Made by a program: the position numbers and the translations under genes
IMG/VR virus record: IMGVR_UViG_3300025651_000001
Direction: 5' to 3' (one strand)
Source: a virus
Length of the DNA stretch: 60,471 nt
Shown here: positions 59,729 to 60,471 of the stretch, one piece after another
How positions within the stretch are numbered: position 1 is the first letter of the stretch
Layout: every line of letters starts with the position of its first letter
Notes under the pieces: model-generated
Told to the model about the DNA's origin: nothing
Database searches by the model: none
What the model saw: the letters and a program-made list of their open reading frames with translations, nothing else

Positions 59729-59772
59729 CACCTGAGGGCCCCGAACAGAGCCCCAACCTGGAGGGACGAACC

Positions 59773-60315
59773 ATGACCCACACAATCACGGCCGAGCAGC
59801 TGGTCAAACGGGAGGTTCACGCATGTGTGTCCGAACTGGTGAGCACGCTGGCCAATGCCGCGCACAGATTGAGTGACGACCACACGGAGCTCGCCGGCCT
59901 GTGCGAGCAAGCCTTCCAGCTGTCCACACCTGTACTGGATTACGAGGAAGCCGCGCGTGACGCGGGTTGGAAGCAGAGCCGTCTAGAGTATCGTTACGGC
60001 GAGCTCGTAACCACCGGCCCTCGTTGGTGGTATCGGGGACGCAAACCCGTCCTTGGCGACGTAGACATGAGCATCCCGCAGGCCAGAACCGCCCAAGAGG
60101 CTTGCGAGATGGACAACATAGAGCCCTATGAACGCGAGGTGTGCGAGCATTGGGCCGTGTCCAGCTGGCTGGCCGACAAGCTCATCGAGAAGGGCGAGAA
60201 GGTGGACAAGGGTTTTCTGGGGCTCTGCGTATGGGCGCGGACTACCACTGGAGGACCAATAGCCTATGACTGGGTTATTGAACAGATAGCGGCTGACCTG
60301 AATAGGGCCGCGTGA
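59773..60315 (+). CDS. Hypothetical early protein (180 aa)
   Basis: GGAGGGACGAACC RBS. No motif recognised with confidence. Confidence 0.7.
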   Translation: MTHTITAEQLVKREVHACVSELVSTLANAAHRLSDDHTELAGLCEQAFQLSTPVLDYEEAARDAGWKQSRLEYRYGELVTTGPRWWYRGRKPVLGDVDMSIPQARTAQEACEMDNIEPYEREVCEHWAVSSWLADKLIEKGEKVDKGFLGLCVWARTTTGGPIAYDWVIEQIAADLNRAA

Positions 60316-60344
60316 CCCGGCGACCACCTGACGGCCGCCACAGG

Positions 60345-60471
60345 CGAAAAAAGTTGCCTCCGAGACAACTTTTTCGCTTGACTTATCTCCGGTCCTAGGT
60401 TATCCTGAGACTATAGAAAGAGGGAGACACCCTCTGGACTGGAAGGGAGAAGTAGGATGGCTCAGTATCTC
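60345..60471. repeat. Copy of 1-127 (includes PE1 at 60378-60406 and the first 5 codons of ORF 113)
   Basis: Identical sequence. Confidence 0.95.

Noticed and set aside
1-60471. Lysogeny module (integrase, CI/Cro-like repressors, attP).
   Set aside because: No tyrosine- or serine-recombinase-like motifs were recognised in any ORF of 150 aa or more. The absence cannot be proven without HMM searches, and small HTH regulators among the early ORFs remain possible.

Overview
The window is a complete, circularly closed, high-GC tailed-phage genome. Bases 1-127 are identical to 60345-60471, so the unit length is 60,344 bp. I saw no integrase, repressor, tRNA or CRISPR array. The structural genes look siphovirus-like: a long tape-measure gene, a G/G-T chaperone frameshift and no sheath gene.

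There are three transcription blocks:
1. A rightward (+) early block of about 20 small ORFs of unknown function. It runs from 56,946 through the wrap point to 5,157 and is driven by four near-identical sigma70-type promoters.
2. A leftward (-) late block from 56,398 to 33,348: terL, portal, scaffold, capsid, connectors, tail tube, G/GT, tape measure, distal tail, hub and central fibre, fibres, endolysin, spanins and holin.
3. A leftward (-) middle block from 33,029 to 5,563: SNF2 and RecD-like helicases, a class-II-like RNR, Pol I, primase-helicase, nucleases, dCMP deaminase, and MazG, HD and DUF1599 proteins.

The middle block embeds a thymidine-hypermodification operon. Its core is a dUMP hydroxymethylase-like enzyme, a 5-hmdU DNA kinase-like enzyme and two aGPT-pyrophosphorylase-like paralogs, plus radical-SAM, PLP, MTase-like and SprT-like genes. 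This is the strongest candidate for unusual biology.

A terS-like gene sits alone on the - strand inside the early block.

The non-coding content is unusually rich:
- a 550-bp spacer between divergent promoters, filled with G-rich tandem arrays
- two paralogous AT-rich islands about 31 kb apart
- a 24-bp tandem (iteron-like) array
- a consensus leftward promoter followed by a CA-rich leader and a terminator
- three repeated double-hairpin intercistronic elements

All protein calls come from motifs recognised by eye plus synteny. No database search was possible.
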